Source: Saprospiraceae bacterium
GTDB lineage: Bacteria; Bacteroidota; Bacteroidia; Chitinophagales; Saprospiraceae
DNA: 51,109 nt
Assembly (NCBI GenBank): GCA_036846745.1
Contig: DAIUBI010000001.1
Coordinates: forward strand, 1-51,109
Reading direction: 5' to 3'
The notes beneath the pieces were generated by a model. It searched no databases and was not told where the DNA came from. It worked only from the letters and a program-made list of their open reading frames with translations. A program made the translations under genes and the position numbers. Positions 1-10,508 of this stretch are shown in pieces; the first letter of the stretch is position 1, and each line of letters starts with the position of its first letter.

Positions 1-1341
1 GAAGAGTTTATTGATGGTTTCCTGTTTAGGGTAGCCGGCTCCCCGCATCCGATCCCGGCCGGAACGTTGACAAAAATCTTCGAAGTCTGCAAGCGTATAT
101 TTTTTCTCGTTTCCGTAGCTGAACAAAACGTCTTGAGGTTTAGACGGCTCCGGATTCCACTCAAAGGTATGAAAAACCGTGTCGGTTTGTTTGGCAGACC
201 ATGCTGCCAATACTTTGGTGTTTTCCGTGAACAGACCTTCTTTTTTGATACGGCTGATCATGGATTGGCGGGCGGTTTCACTTCGACCATCACGTTTAAC
301 TCGCTCAGTCAAACCACGTTTTAATTGGTCAAAAGTGCCAATTGCGCGGCGACTTTTACGTTGGATAATATGGAAACCGAGGGTTGTTTCTACTACTTTT
401 GTAAAGTCGCCATCATTTTGCAGCGCAAAAGAGGCATCTTCAAATGCCTTTTGATAGCGGTTGATGCCGAAAAAGCCGAGGTATCCACTTTTTGCGGCAG
501 TAGTTTTGTCTTCAGAATATTTTTGACAAACCACATCCCATTTTTCACCAGCCAAAAGAGCATTGTAAGCGCTATCTGCCCGCATTTTCTTCTGATCATG
601 TTTTTCCGGTGTGTCGCCTTTGCGAATCAGGATTTGATTCACTTCCACTTCGCCACGGGCAGGACGTGTTCCATTGACACGAAGCAGGTGGTAACCGGCA
701 TTGGATCGCACAGGGCCAATAACATCACCGACTTTGGCTGAGTAGATAGCGCGTTCAATATCGTAATATCCATCCGGCAACATGGCTGTGATAAAGCCCA
801 GATTGCCTCCATTTTCTTTTACAAATTTATCTTCTGAGCTGTCTCTTGCGATGGTATTGAAATCGGCGCCTTTCTGGATCATTTTGAGCCAGTTGGCAGC
901 TCGTGTGTAAGCTTTGAGTGTATCGGCAGCAGGACGATTACGATCGCAATTAACCACCATATGGCTGACATCGATATCCAGAAGCATCCGATCATATGCT
1001 TCCCGTATAAGCTTCTCAGTCAACTCCTTGTCCTCCAGATAGGACTTTGCTAATTGTTTTTTATAGCCATCCAGTTCGCTCTTCAGAGAAGCGATGGTAT
1101 CCAATTGCATATCCCGGGCTTTTTGCACCTTGAGCTTAAAGTTGGTATACAACTCCAGATATTCCCTCAGGCTTTTTTCCGTGAAGTCGGCCTTATCCTG
1201 ATTGGTTTTAGCATAAATGTATTTAAATTCAGACACAGGTACCGGCCTGCCTTTTACCGTAAATAGCGTTGGATCGGTTTGGGCTTGAATGGAACAAGTC
1301 AGCAGTAAAACAGACGCTGCAGTAATCAAAAATTTGACCAT
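1..1341 (-). CDS. Peptidyl-prolyl cis-trans isomerase, SurA/PpiC (parvulin) type; C-terminus cut off by window edge
   Basis: This ORF is absent from the supplied track because it runs off the window. My reverse-complement translation from the ATG at 1339-1341 gives MVKFLITAASVLLLTCSIQAQ, a signal peptide. It is followed by two parvulin-like segments, GGNLGFITAMLPDGYYD...GYHLLRV and SGYLGFFGINRYQKAFEDA...LGFHIIQR. The frame stays open to nt 1 (447 codons). Confidence 0.85.
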   Translation of the reverse strand, partial: MVKFLITAASVLLLTCSIQAQTDPTLFTVKGRPVPVSEFKYIYAKTNQDKADFTEKSLREYLELYTNFKLKVQKARDMQLDTIASLKSELDGYKKQLAKSYLEDKELTEKLIREAYDRMLLDIDVSHMVVNCDRNRPAADTLKAYTRAANWLKMIQKGADFNTIARDSSEDKFVKENGGNLGFITAMLPDGYYDIERAIYSAKVGDVIGPVRSNAGYHLLRVNGTRPARGEVEVNQILIRKGDTPEKHDQKKMRADSAYNALLAGEKWDVVCQKYSEDKTTAAKSGYLGFFGINRYQKAFEDASFALQNDGDFTKVVETTLGFHIIQRKSRRAIGTFDQLKRGLTERVKRDGRSETARQSMISRIKKEGLFTENTKVLAAWSAKQTDTVFHTFEWNPEPSKPQDVLFSYGNEKKYTLADFEDFCQRSGRDRMRGAGYPKQETINKLF

Positions 1342-1477
1342 ATTAGAGGAATGAATTGGTGTTTTTGCGTTAAAAAAGTGGGCAAAAGTAGGAAAGCCAA
1401 ACGGAACGAACACGTCGCGTGTGCATTTTTAAAAATGTTAACATGGATTAGACGGCCATTGGCATTTACAGGTAGAA

Positions 1478-1510
1478 TAAAAAACGCAGCCCGGTCGTGG
1501 GTGACCGGGC
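1478..1510 (-). terminator. Rho-independent terminator downstream of hpf
   Basis: On the minus strand the sequence reads GCCCGGTC-ACCCAC-GACCGGGC. That is an 8-bp GC-rich stem (1489-1496 pairing with 1503-1510) followed by TGCGTTTTTTATT. It lies 114 nt after the hpf stop codon. Confidence 0.6.
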
Positions 1511-1623
1511 TTCCAGCCTTGTATTGTGGCTGTAATAGTCAGGATTCCTCCTGAGGCGTGTATTGATAATCAGGTGCTGAGTCAATGATGTGCTTAAAAG
1601 AGTGGCACTAAATTGGCTCACCA

Positions 1624-1956
1624 CTAGTCTGCAATTTTAATATGTTCGTGCGTTGTAACTCTGTCTTTGTGCCGGAGTAATTGTCGTTTCAAGGTATCAG
1701 TAGAAGCCGTTACGGCAGATTCAAAGGTGCGCCCGGTCTTTTTGTCGATAACCCAGCCACCTGGTACATGTAGTTTAATCTCGATGACCTTTTCCTGAAT
1801 TTGTCGTCCTGTATCTTGTAGTTTGAGGTGAACTTCTGCCTCAATTGGCCTTTTTTTATCAAAATATCGATCAAGTCGCATCAGTTTTTTCTCAATAAAC
1901 TCAATCAACTTGGCATCAGCATTAAAATGAATGGACTGCACACTTACTTTCATCAT
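1624..1956 (-). CDS. hpf: Ribosome hibernation promoting factor (short HPF/RaiA/YfiA family)
   Basis: The 110-aa product MKVSVQSIHFNADAKLIEFIEKKLMRLDRYF...VEIKLHVPG...ESAVTASTDTLKRQL has the typical HPF length and beta-alpha-beta-beta-beta-alpha sequence pattern. Two adjacent ATGs make a start at 1953 equally possible. Confidence 0.88.
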   Translation of the reverse strand: MMKVSVQSIHFNADAKLIEFIEKKLMRLDRYFDKKRPIEAEVHLKLQDTGRQIQEKVIEIKLHVPGGWVIDKKTGRTFESAVTASTDTLKRQLLRHKDRVTTHEHIKIAD

Positions 1957-2329
1957 GGTATTGCGAACTTTAAGTGGTTAAAAATTAGAAAGAACTGTTT
2001 CAAAGGGTTAGGGTAATACTTTTCAGGTCTTGATGCAGAACAACTTTTTAGGGTTGCATGTTTAAGTTTAAAATTCACATCCTCTGCATTTTTAAAACAA
2101 TGTTATAACCAAGAAACGGGATTGGCAAAAAATTTAACTAAATTCCATGTCATTTTTATTTTACGGATTATTATGCGGGTAAATATATGTTATTCAGGCA
2201 TTTTGATCGGTAATTTATTATTGTGCAAACAGTGTTAAATTTTTTAAAAAAACTGCATTTGCCTGATCCAAAGGAAATAAGTCATCTTTGCGGGCCTTTG
2301 GTTTATTCCATTTTTCCTGTCTTATTACC

Positions 2330-3781
2330 ATGATCAAAGATCAACCTTTCTTTTCCCTGAATCCTGATTTAAAAGCTGAAATCCACCGTGTTTTTGCATT
2401 GCAAAAAGAACATCAATGGGAGATTGGACGAACAAATTCCAGGCAGCGCATTGCTAAACTGAAAAGATTGCATCAAACAATCCTGGAATATCGGTTACAA
2501 CTGGAAAAGGCCTTGTGGGCAGACTTGCGTAAAAGCCCTTCAGAGGTAAGTATTTCTGAATTAGGTGTTGTACTGCATGAGATTCGCTTTGCAATGGATC
2601 ATTTGGCCTCCTGGATGACTCCCAAAAAGGTAGGCGCCTCGCTTCCATTGTTCCGTTCGCATAACGAGATTCAATACGAGCCCAAAGGGCTATGCCTGAT
2701 CATTTCTCCGTGGAACTTTCCATTCAACCTGAGTTTCGATCCAATAGTGTCGGCTATAGCAGCCGGAAATTGTGTGATACTCAAACCTTCCGAATTTTCA
2801 CCAAATACCAATAGCGTAATGCGTGAAATCCTGGATAAGTGTTTCCCTCCGGGAGAAGTGAGTATTTTTGAAGGCGATGCCAGTGTGTCGCAGGAGCTAT
2901 TGTCCTTGCCCTTCAACCACATATTTTTCACAGGCAACAATTCCGTTGGGAAGGTTGTAATGCGCGCTGCGGCTGAACACCTTAGTTCTGTTACCCTTGA
3001 ACTGGGTGGCAAAAGCCCGGTTATTGTAGATAAAACGGCCGATCTTGACACAGCAGCCGCCAAAATTGCCTGGCTGAAAGTGATCAATGCGGGACAAACC
3101 TGCATCGCTCCGGACTATGTAATGGTACATGAAGACTGTTATGACCAGCTCCTTGACAAGCTCCGCTATCATTTAAAGGCTTTTTATGGTAATACCCCTG
3201 AAGAGGTCAAATCATCACCGGATATATGCAGGATTGTTAGCAGCCGACATTTTCAGCGGGTAAAATTTTTACTGGATGATGCCTTACAGCAAGGAGCAAC
3301 ATTAGAATACGGAGGAGAATCAGATTTTCTGGATCTGTATATTGCTCCCACCATACTCAGCAAGGTTCCGGAAACAGCTAAAATCTGGGAAGAGGAAATT
3401 TTTGGGCCCATTATGCCAATACGCACCTACAAGCATACAGCAGAAGCCATTGCTTATGTAAATGCCAGACCCAAGCCGCTGTCGATGTACTTTTTCTCAA
3501 AATCTGACCGTGAAATTCGGCTAATGCTTGCAGAAACCCGTTGTGGCGGCGTTACTGTGAATGATTGCGGCCCTCACTTTTACAATCCTGAGCTGCCTTT
3601 CGGTGGCAGCAACAGCAGCGGAATTGGAAAATGCCATGGTGAATTCGGTTTTTTGGAATTCTCCAACGCCAAAGGGGTACTATATCAGGCTAAATATTTA
3701 CCCGTTTCCAAATTTTTCCTGCCGCCATATGGCGGAAAATTACGCAACTTATTGCTAGAGGGTCTGGTTAAGTGGTTCTGA
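2330..3781 (+). CDS. NAD(P)+-dependent aldehyde dehydrogenase (ALDH3-like/coniferyl-aldehyde dehydrogenase-like)
   Basis: It carries the ALDH motifs FTGNNSVGKVV, the catalytic Glu in LELGGKSP, the catalytic Cys in NAGQTCIAPDY, and EEIFGP. The track ORF starts at TTG 2288. I prefer ATG 2330 (MIKDQPFF) because the 14 preceding residues look non-conserved. Confidence 0.9.
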   Translation: MIKDQPFFSLNPDLKAEIHRVFALQKEHQWEIGRTNSRQRIAKLKRLHQTILEYRLQLEKALWADLRKSPSEVSISELGVVLHEIRFAMDHLASWMTPKKVGASLPLFRSHNEIQYEPKGLCLIISPWNFPFNLSFDPIVSAIAAGNCVILKPSEFSPNTNSVMREILDKCFPPGEVSIFEGDASVSQELLSLPFNHIFFTGNNSVGKVVMRAAAEHLSSVTLELGGKSPVIVDKTADLDTAAAKIAWLKVINAGQTCIAPDYVMVHEDCYDQLLDKLRYHLKAFYGNTPEEVKSSPDICRIVSSRHFQRVKFLLDDALQQGATLEYGGESDFLDLYIAPTILSKVPETAKIWEEEIFGPIMPIRTYKHTAEAIAYVNARPKPLSMYFFSKSDREIRLMLAETRCGGVTVNDCGPHFYNPELPFGGSNSSGIGKCHGEFGFLEFSNAKGVLYQAKYLPVSKFFLPPYGGKLRNLLLEGLVKWF

Positions 3782-3783
3782 TC

Positions 3784-5979
3784 TTACCAGGCCAGTATTG
3801 CTGCCATTGCCTCGGCTACCTTTTCAATAGATGGAATCATGGTTTGTTCCAGGGTAGTGTTTAACGGTACAGCAGGCATATTTTCTGCGCCAATGGTTCT
3901 GACCGGCGCATCCAGAAACTTGAAACAATTTTCTTGTATTCGGGCGGCAAGTGTTTGTGCAAACGACCCGTTTACCTGTTCTTCGGTAACTACCAAAACC
4001 CGGCCATGTTGGCGGGCTGCCGCGTACATGGCCTCTTCGTCCAAGGGGTACAGGGTGCGCAAATCCATAATTTCAATACGGCCTGGGAATTGCTCTGCAG
4101 CATTGAGCGCCCAATGGACGCCCATCCCATAGGTAATCACCGCGAGGGTTTCTCCCTTTTGAATACTGGCAGGTGCGGCAGTTAAAGCCAGACGGGCCTT
4201 CCCAAAAGGTACCACATAATCGGCATCCGGTTCAATGGTTCGGGCAGCCTCGGTACCACGTACTTTGCTCCAATAAAGCCCTTTATGTTCAAAGATAACA
4301 ACCGGATTTGGATCATGCCAGGCTGCTTTAAGCAGCCCTTTGAGGTCTGCGCCATTGCTTGGGTAAGCAATTTTCACTCCCCGAATCTGCGTTACCACAC
4401 TTTCAACGCTGCTACTGTGATAAGGGCCTCCGCTGCCGTAAGCTCCAATGGGTACCCTTAGCACACAACTCACAGGCCACTTCCCGTTGCTGAGGTAACA
4501 ACTGCGTGCCACTTCTGTGAACAACTGGTTCAATCCAGGCCAGATGTAATCGGCAAATTGTACTTCTACGATTGGTTTTAATCCTACGGCACTCATACCG
4601 GCGGTACTTCCAACAATAAAGGCTTCCTGAATTGGCGTATTAAATACCCGATGATCACCAAATTTTTCGGCCAGCGTTGCGGCTTCTCTGAATACCCCAC
4701 CGAGTCTGCGACCCACATCCTGGCCATAGAGCAGACATTCCGGATACCTGCGCATCAATTCTTCAATGGCAAACAAGGCGCAGTCCACCATGACCTTGGT
4801 TTCGCCATTTTGAGGCGATCTGTTGCCGGCCTCTTCCGTAATAGGCGTTGGGGCAAAATCATGGGTAAAGATATCTTCAGGCCGTGGATCTTCAGCTTCC
4901 CTGGATGCATCGAAATCTTGCTGTACTGTATGGGTGGCTTGCGTTTCCAGGTCCATCAAATCTTTTTCTGTAAAGCCGTTTTCCAGTAACAGCTTGCGCA
5001 GGATGGGGTAGGGGTCTCGCTTGGCATGCTCTTCCAGATCGTCGCGATACCATTCTTTTCGTACGCCAGAGGTATGGTGATTCAACAGAGGAACCCTGGC
5101 ATGAACTAAAAAAGGCCTTCGTTCACGTCGTATCGTGTCCATAACCTGAAGGATGGTGTTCCAGCATTGGGTAAAATCATTGCCTTCAATGCTCACAGTT
5201 TCCAGGCCAGGAAACCCTTTGGCATATTCGGCAGCATTGGCCACGCGTGTTTCAGCAGCATTGGCAGAAATATCCCAACCATTATCCTGAACCAGGTAAA
5301 GGATGGGTAGTTGCTTTAAAACCGCCATTTGAAAGGCCTCCGCCACTTCCCCTTCTGTTACTGAGGCGTCTCCCAGGGAGCAAACAACAAGGCCTGGCCT
5401 GGCGTGTGCCTTGCCATTATTTGCTTTAAAATGATATGGGTATGGGTTTTCCAGATCCACGGTCCTGCCATTGGAATGGGAGCTCTGGGTCTCCTGCTCA
5501 TTGGCTCGTTGCATTGCCTCCTGATACCAAAAACCCAGGGCAGCTCCTGTTGCAGGAATAGCCTGCATCCCGGTTGCGCTACTTTGGTGGGGTATCTTGG
5601 GGAATTGATCTTCCCTGAGGGATGGGTGGCAATAGTATGACCTTCCCCCGGAGAAGGGGTCGTCTCTTTTAGCCATGAGTTGTAGCATGAGATGGAAGGG
5701 GCGTAATCCCATACCAAGCAGCATACTGTCATCACGATAATATGGATACGCAAAATCCTGGGGCATCAACTGCATGCCTACTGCGAGTTGAATGGCTTCA
5801 TGCCCACGTGAAGTAGCATGTACATATTTACTGACAAATTTAAAATTTGCTTCGTATATATCCGTCATAGCTTTGGCCGTAGCCATTAGCCTGAAGGCTT
5901 TTTCCAGAATATTTTTGTCTGGAGTGGCATTATAGCGATTTTTTTGATCTTTTTTTGTGGTGGCTGTTCTATTAGGCAC
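3784..5979 (-). CDS. Fused alpha/beta E1 component of a 2-oxoacid (branched-chain alpha-keto acid type) dehydrogenase, TPP-dependent
   Basis: The N-terminal half has a TPP-binding E1-alpha motif (GDASVTEGEVAEAFQMA...LYLVQDNGW). The C-terminal half is a transketolase-like E1-beta (YGQDVG..GGVF, FNTPIQE, SSSVES). The start is GTG at 5979; an alternative ATG lies 31 codons downstream. Confidence 0.85.
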   Translation of the reverse strand: MPNRTATTKKDQKNRYNATPDKNILEKAFRLMATAKAMTDIYEANFKFVSKYVHATSRGHEAIQLAVGMQLMPQDFAYPYYRDDSMLLGMGLRPFHLMLQLMAKRDDPFSGGRSYYCHPSLREDQFPKIPHQSSATGMQAIPATGAALGFWYQEAMQRANEQETQSSHSNGRTVDLENPYPYHFKANNGKAHARPGLVVCSLGDASVTEGEVAEAFQMAVLKQLPILYLVQDNGWDISANAAETRVANAAEYAKGFPGLETVSIEGNDFTQCWNTILQVMDTIRRERRPFLVHARVPLLNHHTSGVRKEWYRDDLEEHAKRDPYPILRKLLLENGFTEKDLMDLETQATHTVQQDFDASREAEDPRPEDIFTHDFAPTPITEEAGNRSPQNGETKVMVDCALFAIEELMRRYPECLLYGQDVGRRLGGVFREAATLAEKFGDHRVFNTPIQEAFIVGSTAGMSAVGLKPIVEVQFADYIWPGLNQLFTEVARSCYLSNGKWPVSCVLRVPIGAYGSGGPYHSSSVESVVTQIRGVKIAYPSNGADLKGLLKAAWHDPNPVVIFEHKGLYWSKVRGTEAARTIEPDADYVVPFGKARLALTAAPASIQKGETLAVITYGMGVHWALNAAEQFPGRIEIMDLRTLYPLDEEAMYAAARQHGRVLVVTEEQVNGSFAQTLAARIQENCFKFLDAPVRTIGAENMPAVPLNTTLEQTMIPSIEKVAEAMAAILAW

Positions 5980-6077
5980 GTGACGGAAATTTAAAGGGCA
6001 CTTTTTCTGTAAAGGGAAAAGCCAAAATGTAGTCAGAGCAGTTACTGAAAGGTTTGGCTGCGCAAAAGTACATAAAC

Positions 6078-7031
6078 ATGAAGCAAGGTTTTATTCTGGG
6101 AAAATTTGATCCATTACATCGGGGGCATGAGGCCTTGGTTGCAGAAGCCCGCCTACACAGTGATCGGCTTAGTACTTTAGTTCTGGGAGACCCTAAAACC
6201 GAAAACCCCGGATGGCAACGATATCAATGGGTGAAAACCACCTGGCCTGACCTACAGGTGGTTCAGTTAGCGGGTGGTCTTGACCAAGCAATACCATTTA
6301 TGGAGCGCCATCCAGGAGAGAGGAATGTATTATTGTATGGTTTAGGGAAGTTGAAAATGCTGAATCTGCCGCCATGGGGGTATTATATCTGCCTGTTTAA
6401 GGAAGTAACGCCTGATTTACCGTCAACGGAAGATATCAGATGGCAACCGTATCATCATCTGGATTTGTTACTTCCCAATGCAAGAGCTGCATTTGTATGT
6501 AGAATTGCGCTGGTTGGACCTGAAAGTTGTGGCAAAAGTTTTCTTGCGGAAAAACTGGCTGCACATTTTAATACGGTGTTTGTAGAAGAATATGGGCGAA
6601 CCTATTGTGAAAAATTTGGAATGGATTCAACCGAGCTGGATTTTGCCCATGTTGCAGGTGGACAATTGTACCGGGAGGATGAAATGGCCTTGGAGGCAAA
6701 CAAGGTGCTTTTTTGTGATACGGAGCTATTGGTAACCCAAATTTGGAGCGAAATCTACTTCAAAGGAAAATGTCAGCCATGGATCTATTGGGCTAATCAT
6801 GAGCGGAAGTATACCCACTTTCTGCTTTGTGCTCCGGATATTCCATGGGTAAATGACGGGCTCAGGAAGTATGAGTATGCCAGGACATGGATGTTTGAGC
6901 GGCTGAAAGAGGAGTTGGAATGTCGAAATTTGCCCTTCACCGTGATACAGGGCAGTTTTGAGGAACGTTGGACGGATGCATTGGTGGCAGTTGAACTGGT
7001 AATGGCCGCCATGCAAGACAGGATTGGATGA
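6078..7031 (+). CDS. NadR-like bifunctional NMN adenylyltransferase / ribosylnicotinamide kinase (no N-terminal HTH)
   Basis: It has the nucleotidyltransferase HxGH motif (GKFDPLHRGHEAL), an ISSTxxR-like motif (PSTEDIR) and a P-loop (GPESCGKSFLAEKLA). I take ATG 6078 (MKQGFILGKF) as the start rather than the track start at 6054. Confidence 0.75.
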   Translation: MKQGFILGKFDPLHRGHEALVAEARLHSDRLSTLVLGDPKTENPGWQRYQWVKTTWPDLQVVQLAGGLDQAIPFMERHPGERNVLLYGLGKLKMLNLPPWGYYICLFKEVTPDLPSTEDIRWQPYHHLDLLLPNARAAFVCRIALVGPESCGKSFLAEKLAAHFNTVFVEEYGRTYCEKFGMDSTELDFAHVAGGQLYREDEMALEANKVLFCDTELLVTQIWSEIYFKGKCQPWIYWANHERKYTHFLLCAPDIPWVNDGLRKYEYARTWMFERLKEELECRNLPFTVIQGSFEERWTDALVAVELVMAAMQDRIG

Positions 7032-7114
7032 GTGGAGATAGTTAAACTTTCCTGATTGACTGTTTTGAGCATTTATTTTGTCGACAGGAATGAATTAATA
7101 GGATAGTAATTTCT

Positions 7115-7122
7115 TAACTTTG
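7115..7122 (+). promoter_or_regulatory. Possible Bacteroidetes sigma-A -7 box (TAnnTTTG) upstream of the SusC-like gene
   Basis: TAACTTTG matches the TAnnTTTG consensus exactly. It sits in an AT-rich intergenic region 182 nt upstream of the susC-like ATG. The motif is short and expected often by chance, and I found no convincing -33 element. Confidence 0.25.
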
Positions 7123-7303
7123 AAATAATATTTTTTGTACCAAAAGATACATTCAAGTGAAAATGTCGCTTTATTTGCTCCGAAATCAAGATGTTCGATT
7201 TGTATAATCCCTTGATTTAGAATGTTATATGCCCCAATAGCTCAAGTGTATTACTATTATTTTTTTGACATTTACTAATTTTAACCAAATCAAATTTCAT
7301 TGT

Positions 7304-10300
7304 ATGAAGCAATTCCTACTCGGGCTTGCCTTGCTCTTACTGAGCGCTTCGCAAGTTTTGTCACAGCGCGTTGTGACGGGAAAAGTCTCCGATGATCAGG
7401 GTGAACCGCTCATCGGTGCAACGGTTACCGCACCTGGTACCTCTTCAGGTACATCAACAGATGCAAATGGTATGTTCCGTTTTTCAGTTTCTTCTGGTTC
7501 GACACTTTTAAAGGTGTCTTACACCGGCTATCTCACACAGGATGTGCCGCTCACTTCTGCATCAGACTACAACGTTGTAATGCAGGTGAATCCGAACACC
7601 CTGCAGGAAGTGGTCGTGGTGGGTTATGGTACCCAGCAAAAACGAGCCATTACAGGTAGTATTTCCTCCATTAAAGGGGATGATATTGCCCAGTTGCCAG
7701 CGCAGAGCTTTGACCAGTTGCTGCAAGGCCGTGCAGCCGGTGTGAACGTAAGCCTGCCAAACGGTGTGTTGAACAACCCTCCGGTATTCCGCGTACGTGG
7801 TATCAACTCCATCAACCTGAGCTCCTTCCCGCTTGTAGTGATTGATGGTGTGCCAACGTTTACCGGTTCTTTTGGTAACAATGCCGCGAACAACCCGCTA
7901 TCCAACCTGAACCCTGCCGATATTGAGAGCATCGACATCCTGAAAGATGCCTCTGCTACGGCTATTTATGGTTCTCGTGCATCTGCCGGTGTAGTGCTGA
8001 TTACCACCAAGCGTGGTCAAAAAGGCAAAACTCGTGTAAACTACGATCTTTGGACCGGCTGGACACAAGCTACTCGCGTACCAGAGGTATTGAATGCCCA
8101 ACAGTACGTTGAAGTTAAAAATGAGGCAGCTGCAAATGCAGGCCTGTCTGGCCCACAATACTTCCTGGATACGATCAATGGCCAACAGGTAGATACCCGC
8201 TGGGCAGATTACATTTACCGCAATGCTTTCCAGCAAAGCCACGCATTAAGCTTCTCCGGCGGATCTGATCAAACCACCTATTTCATGGCATTGGGTTATA
8301 CCCGCCAGGAAGGTATGATCGTGAACAACGAGTTTGAGCGTCTTTCAGGCCGTATCAACCTCGATCACAAACTGACAGATCGTATTAAAATTGGCGGAAA
8401 CATTGCCTATGGAAAAAATAACAATGCCGCACCAAACACCGGATCTCTCCCTGGCGAAGCTTTCGCTACCTCAGGTATTGGTCGTTTGGCCTTTGTATTG
8501 TCTCCAGTGGTAGACCCATATCGTTACGATGCCAGCGGCAATCGTCTTACCGGTACAGCACAATATAATATCACTTCAACAAACCAACTTGGACTCGGCA
8601 AAAACAAGCAAACTACCGGCTTTATCAACCCGATTCCATTGATTGATTTGAACAGAGCCACTTCTGAAGCCAACCAAATCCAGGCCTCCGTATATGGAGA
8701 ACTCGAAATAATCAAGGATTTGAAAGTAAAATCCATTTATGGTATTGACAATGTAGGATTTGAAAACCAGACTTTCTGGACTCCGATCCACGGCGATGGT
8801 TTTGGCCAAAACGGTTTGGCTGCCAATGTTTTCGTTCGCAACAATCGCTGGAACTGGCAAAACCTTTTGTCTTACGACCTGAATCTTCAGGACAAGCATA
8901 AAATCGGACTTCTTGCCGGTAACGAACAACAGTATACCAAGACAGAAGGCTGGGGTGCACAACGTACTGCCATCGCAGACCCATTCTTCTCCACTTACCA
9001 GGGTAACTTTACAACGATCAATCCAAGTGGTAATTTCCAGGGTGAGAACTACCTCCTTTCTTACTTCGGTCGTGCGACGTATGAATTCAACCGCCGTTAC
9101 TTCCTGACCGCTAACATCCGTCAGGATGAATACTCCGCTTATGCTCCTGGCAATAAAAAAGGTACATTCTGGGGTGCTTCTGCAGGCTGGAATATCTCTG
9201 AAGAAGATTTCTGGAAAAACAGCATTGGCAAAACCGTGAACTACTTCAAAATTCGTGGTAGCTACGGTACAGTAGGTAATGCTAACGGTATTGGTGATTT
9301 TGCATCCTTGAGCCTTTATAATTCAGGCTTGTATGGCGCAGCTCCAACCTTCTTCTTTAGCCAGGCGGGTAACCCTCTGTTGTCATGGGAATCCAGTAAA
9401 AAACTGGATGTTGGTGTCGTATTCGGCTTGTTTAACGATCGTATCCAGGGTGAATATACCTATTTCACTAACCTGATCGACGGACTGATTTTGGCTGCTC
9501 CACAGGCTCCTTCCAAAGGTATCCCTGGAAACTCCATCAATATCAACGTTGGATCTATGGAAAACGTTGGCCATGAATTTGGATTAAGTGCAACCATTCT
9601 GCGTAAAGGTAAATTCAGCTGGACTACCAACGCTAATATTACCTTCATGAGAAACGAAATCCTTGAATTGGCTGAAGGCAACTCAGACATTCTGGCACAA
9701 ACTTCCGGTCTGGAAACCACCAGCATTATCCGTGTAGGAGAATCTATTGGTTCTATCTATGCTGTTGAAACGCAAGGTGTTAATCCGGCGAATGGCCAGC
9801 GCATTTTTGTGAAATATGAATACGATGGCGATGGCAACCGTATTGGTTCCTACCAGGTTCAATACAACCACGCTGCACCTGCTGGTCAGCGCTGGACTCG
9901 TATTGACAACGGTGCATTTGTGTCTGCTCCTTCACAAATTAACGATGGTAATGTTTATGGACCAACCCTTCCAAAATGGTTTGGCGGTTGGGACAACACC
10001 TTTACTTATGGTGCGTTTGATTTGAACATTCAGATGAACTACGCCGGTGGCAATTATATCTACAACGGTAGTAAAGCCGGTTTGCGCGACCAGCGTTTCT
10101 GGAACAACCATGTGGATGTATTGGATCGCTGGACTGAAAACAACACAGACGGTTCTATTCCACGCGTAGTGTTTGGCGACAACGTTTCCAACGGTTCGGC
10201 TATTACGATGTCTGAAAACGTGGAAAAAGGCGACTTCCTCCGTATCCGGAATCTTACTCTGGGCTACCGTCTGCCAGCCAGCGTTTTGGACAAGGCTAAA

Positions 10301-10474
10301 ATCTCGAATCTGCGTGTGTATGGCTCTGTTAACAACGCATTCTTGTTCACCAACTATTCCGGTACAGACCCTGAGGTTTCTACCAATGGTAACAGCAACT
10401 CTGCTCCAGGTGTTGACCGTAACACAGTGCCTATGGCACGTACCTTTGTGGTTGGCCTGAATCTCGGTTTCTAA
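7304..10474 (+). CDS. SusC/RagA family TonB-dependent outer-membrane receptor
   Basis: The signal peptide MKQFLLGLALLLLSASQVLSQ is followed by a carboxypeptidase-regulatory-like domain (VVTGKVSDDQGEPLIGATV). There is a plug region (GYGTQQKRAITGSISSI, AAGV). The long barrel ends in the terminal Phe motif (VVGLNLGF). It is immediately followed by a SusD-like gene. Confidence 0.95.
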   Translation: MKQFLLGLALLLLSASQVLSQRVVTGKVSDDQGEPLIGATVTAPGTSSGTSTDANGMFRFSVSSGSTLLKVSYTGYLTQDVPLTSASDYNVVMQVNPNTLQEVVVVGYGTQQKRAITGSISSIKGDDIAQLPAQSFDQLLQGRAAGVNVSLPNGVLNNPPVFRVRGINSINLSSFPLVVIDGVPTFTGSFGNNAANNPLSNLNPADIESIDILKDASATAIYGSRASAGVVLITTKRGQKGKTRVNYDLWTGWTQATRVPEVLNAQQYVEVKNEAAANAGLSGPQYFLDTINGQQVDTRWADYIYRNAFQQSHALSFSGGSDQTTYFMALGYTRQEGMIVNNEFERLSGRINLDHKLTDRIKIGGNIAYGKNNNAAPNTGSLPGEAFATSGIGRLAFVLSPVVDPYRYDASGNRLTGTAQYNITSTNQLGLGKNKQTTGFINPIPLIDLNRATSEANQIQASVYGELEIIKDLKVKSIYGIDNVGFENQTFWTPIHGDGFGQNGLAANVFVRNNRWNWQNLLSYDLNLQDKHKIGLLAGNEQQYTKTEGWGAQRTAIADPFFSTYQGNFTTINPSGNFQGENYLLSYFGRATYEFNRRYFLTANIRQDEYSAYAPGNKKGTFWGASAGWNISEEDFWKNSIGKTVNYFKIRGSYGTVGNANGIGDFASLSLYNSGLYGAAPTFFFSQAGNPLLSWESSKKLDVGVVFGLFNDRIQGEYTYFTNLIDGLILAAPQAPSKGIPGNSININVGSMENVGHEFGLSATILRKGKFSWTTNANITFMRNEILELAEGNSDILAQTSGLETTSIIRVGESIGSIYAVETQGVNPANGQRIFVKYEYDGDGNRIGSYQVQYNHAAPAGQRWTRIDNGAFVSAPSQINDGNVYGPTLPKWFGGWDNTFTYGAFDLNIQMNYAGGNYIYNGSKAGLRDQRFWNNHVDVLDRWTENNTDGSIPRVVFGDNVSNGSAITMSENVEKGDFLRIRNLTLGYRLPASVLDKAKISNLRVYGSVNNAFLFTNYSGTDPEVSTNGNSNSAPGVDRNTVPMARTFVVGLNLGF

Positions 10475-10508
10475 TTCCAATTTCTAACCATTCATTTTGA
10501 CAAATATC

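Noticed and set aside
67-741. Three small plus-strand ORFs (85, 91 and 138 aa) at the left edge.
   Set aside because: They lie antisense to the edge-truncated parvulin PPIase gene, which translates cleanly on the minus strand across the whole 1-1341 interval.
1957-2329. Possible regulatory RNA or riboswitch in the 373-nt AT-rich divergent region between hpf and the ALDH gene.
   Set aside because: I could find no stable conserved-looking helices or known riboswitch core motifs by eye. The region looks like ordinary AT-rich divergent promoter DNA.
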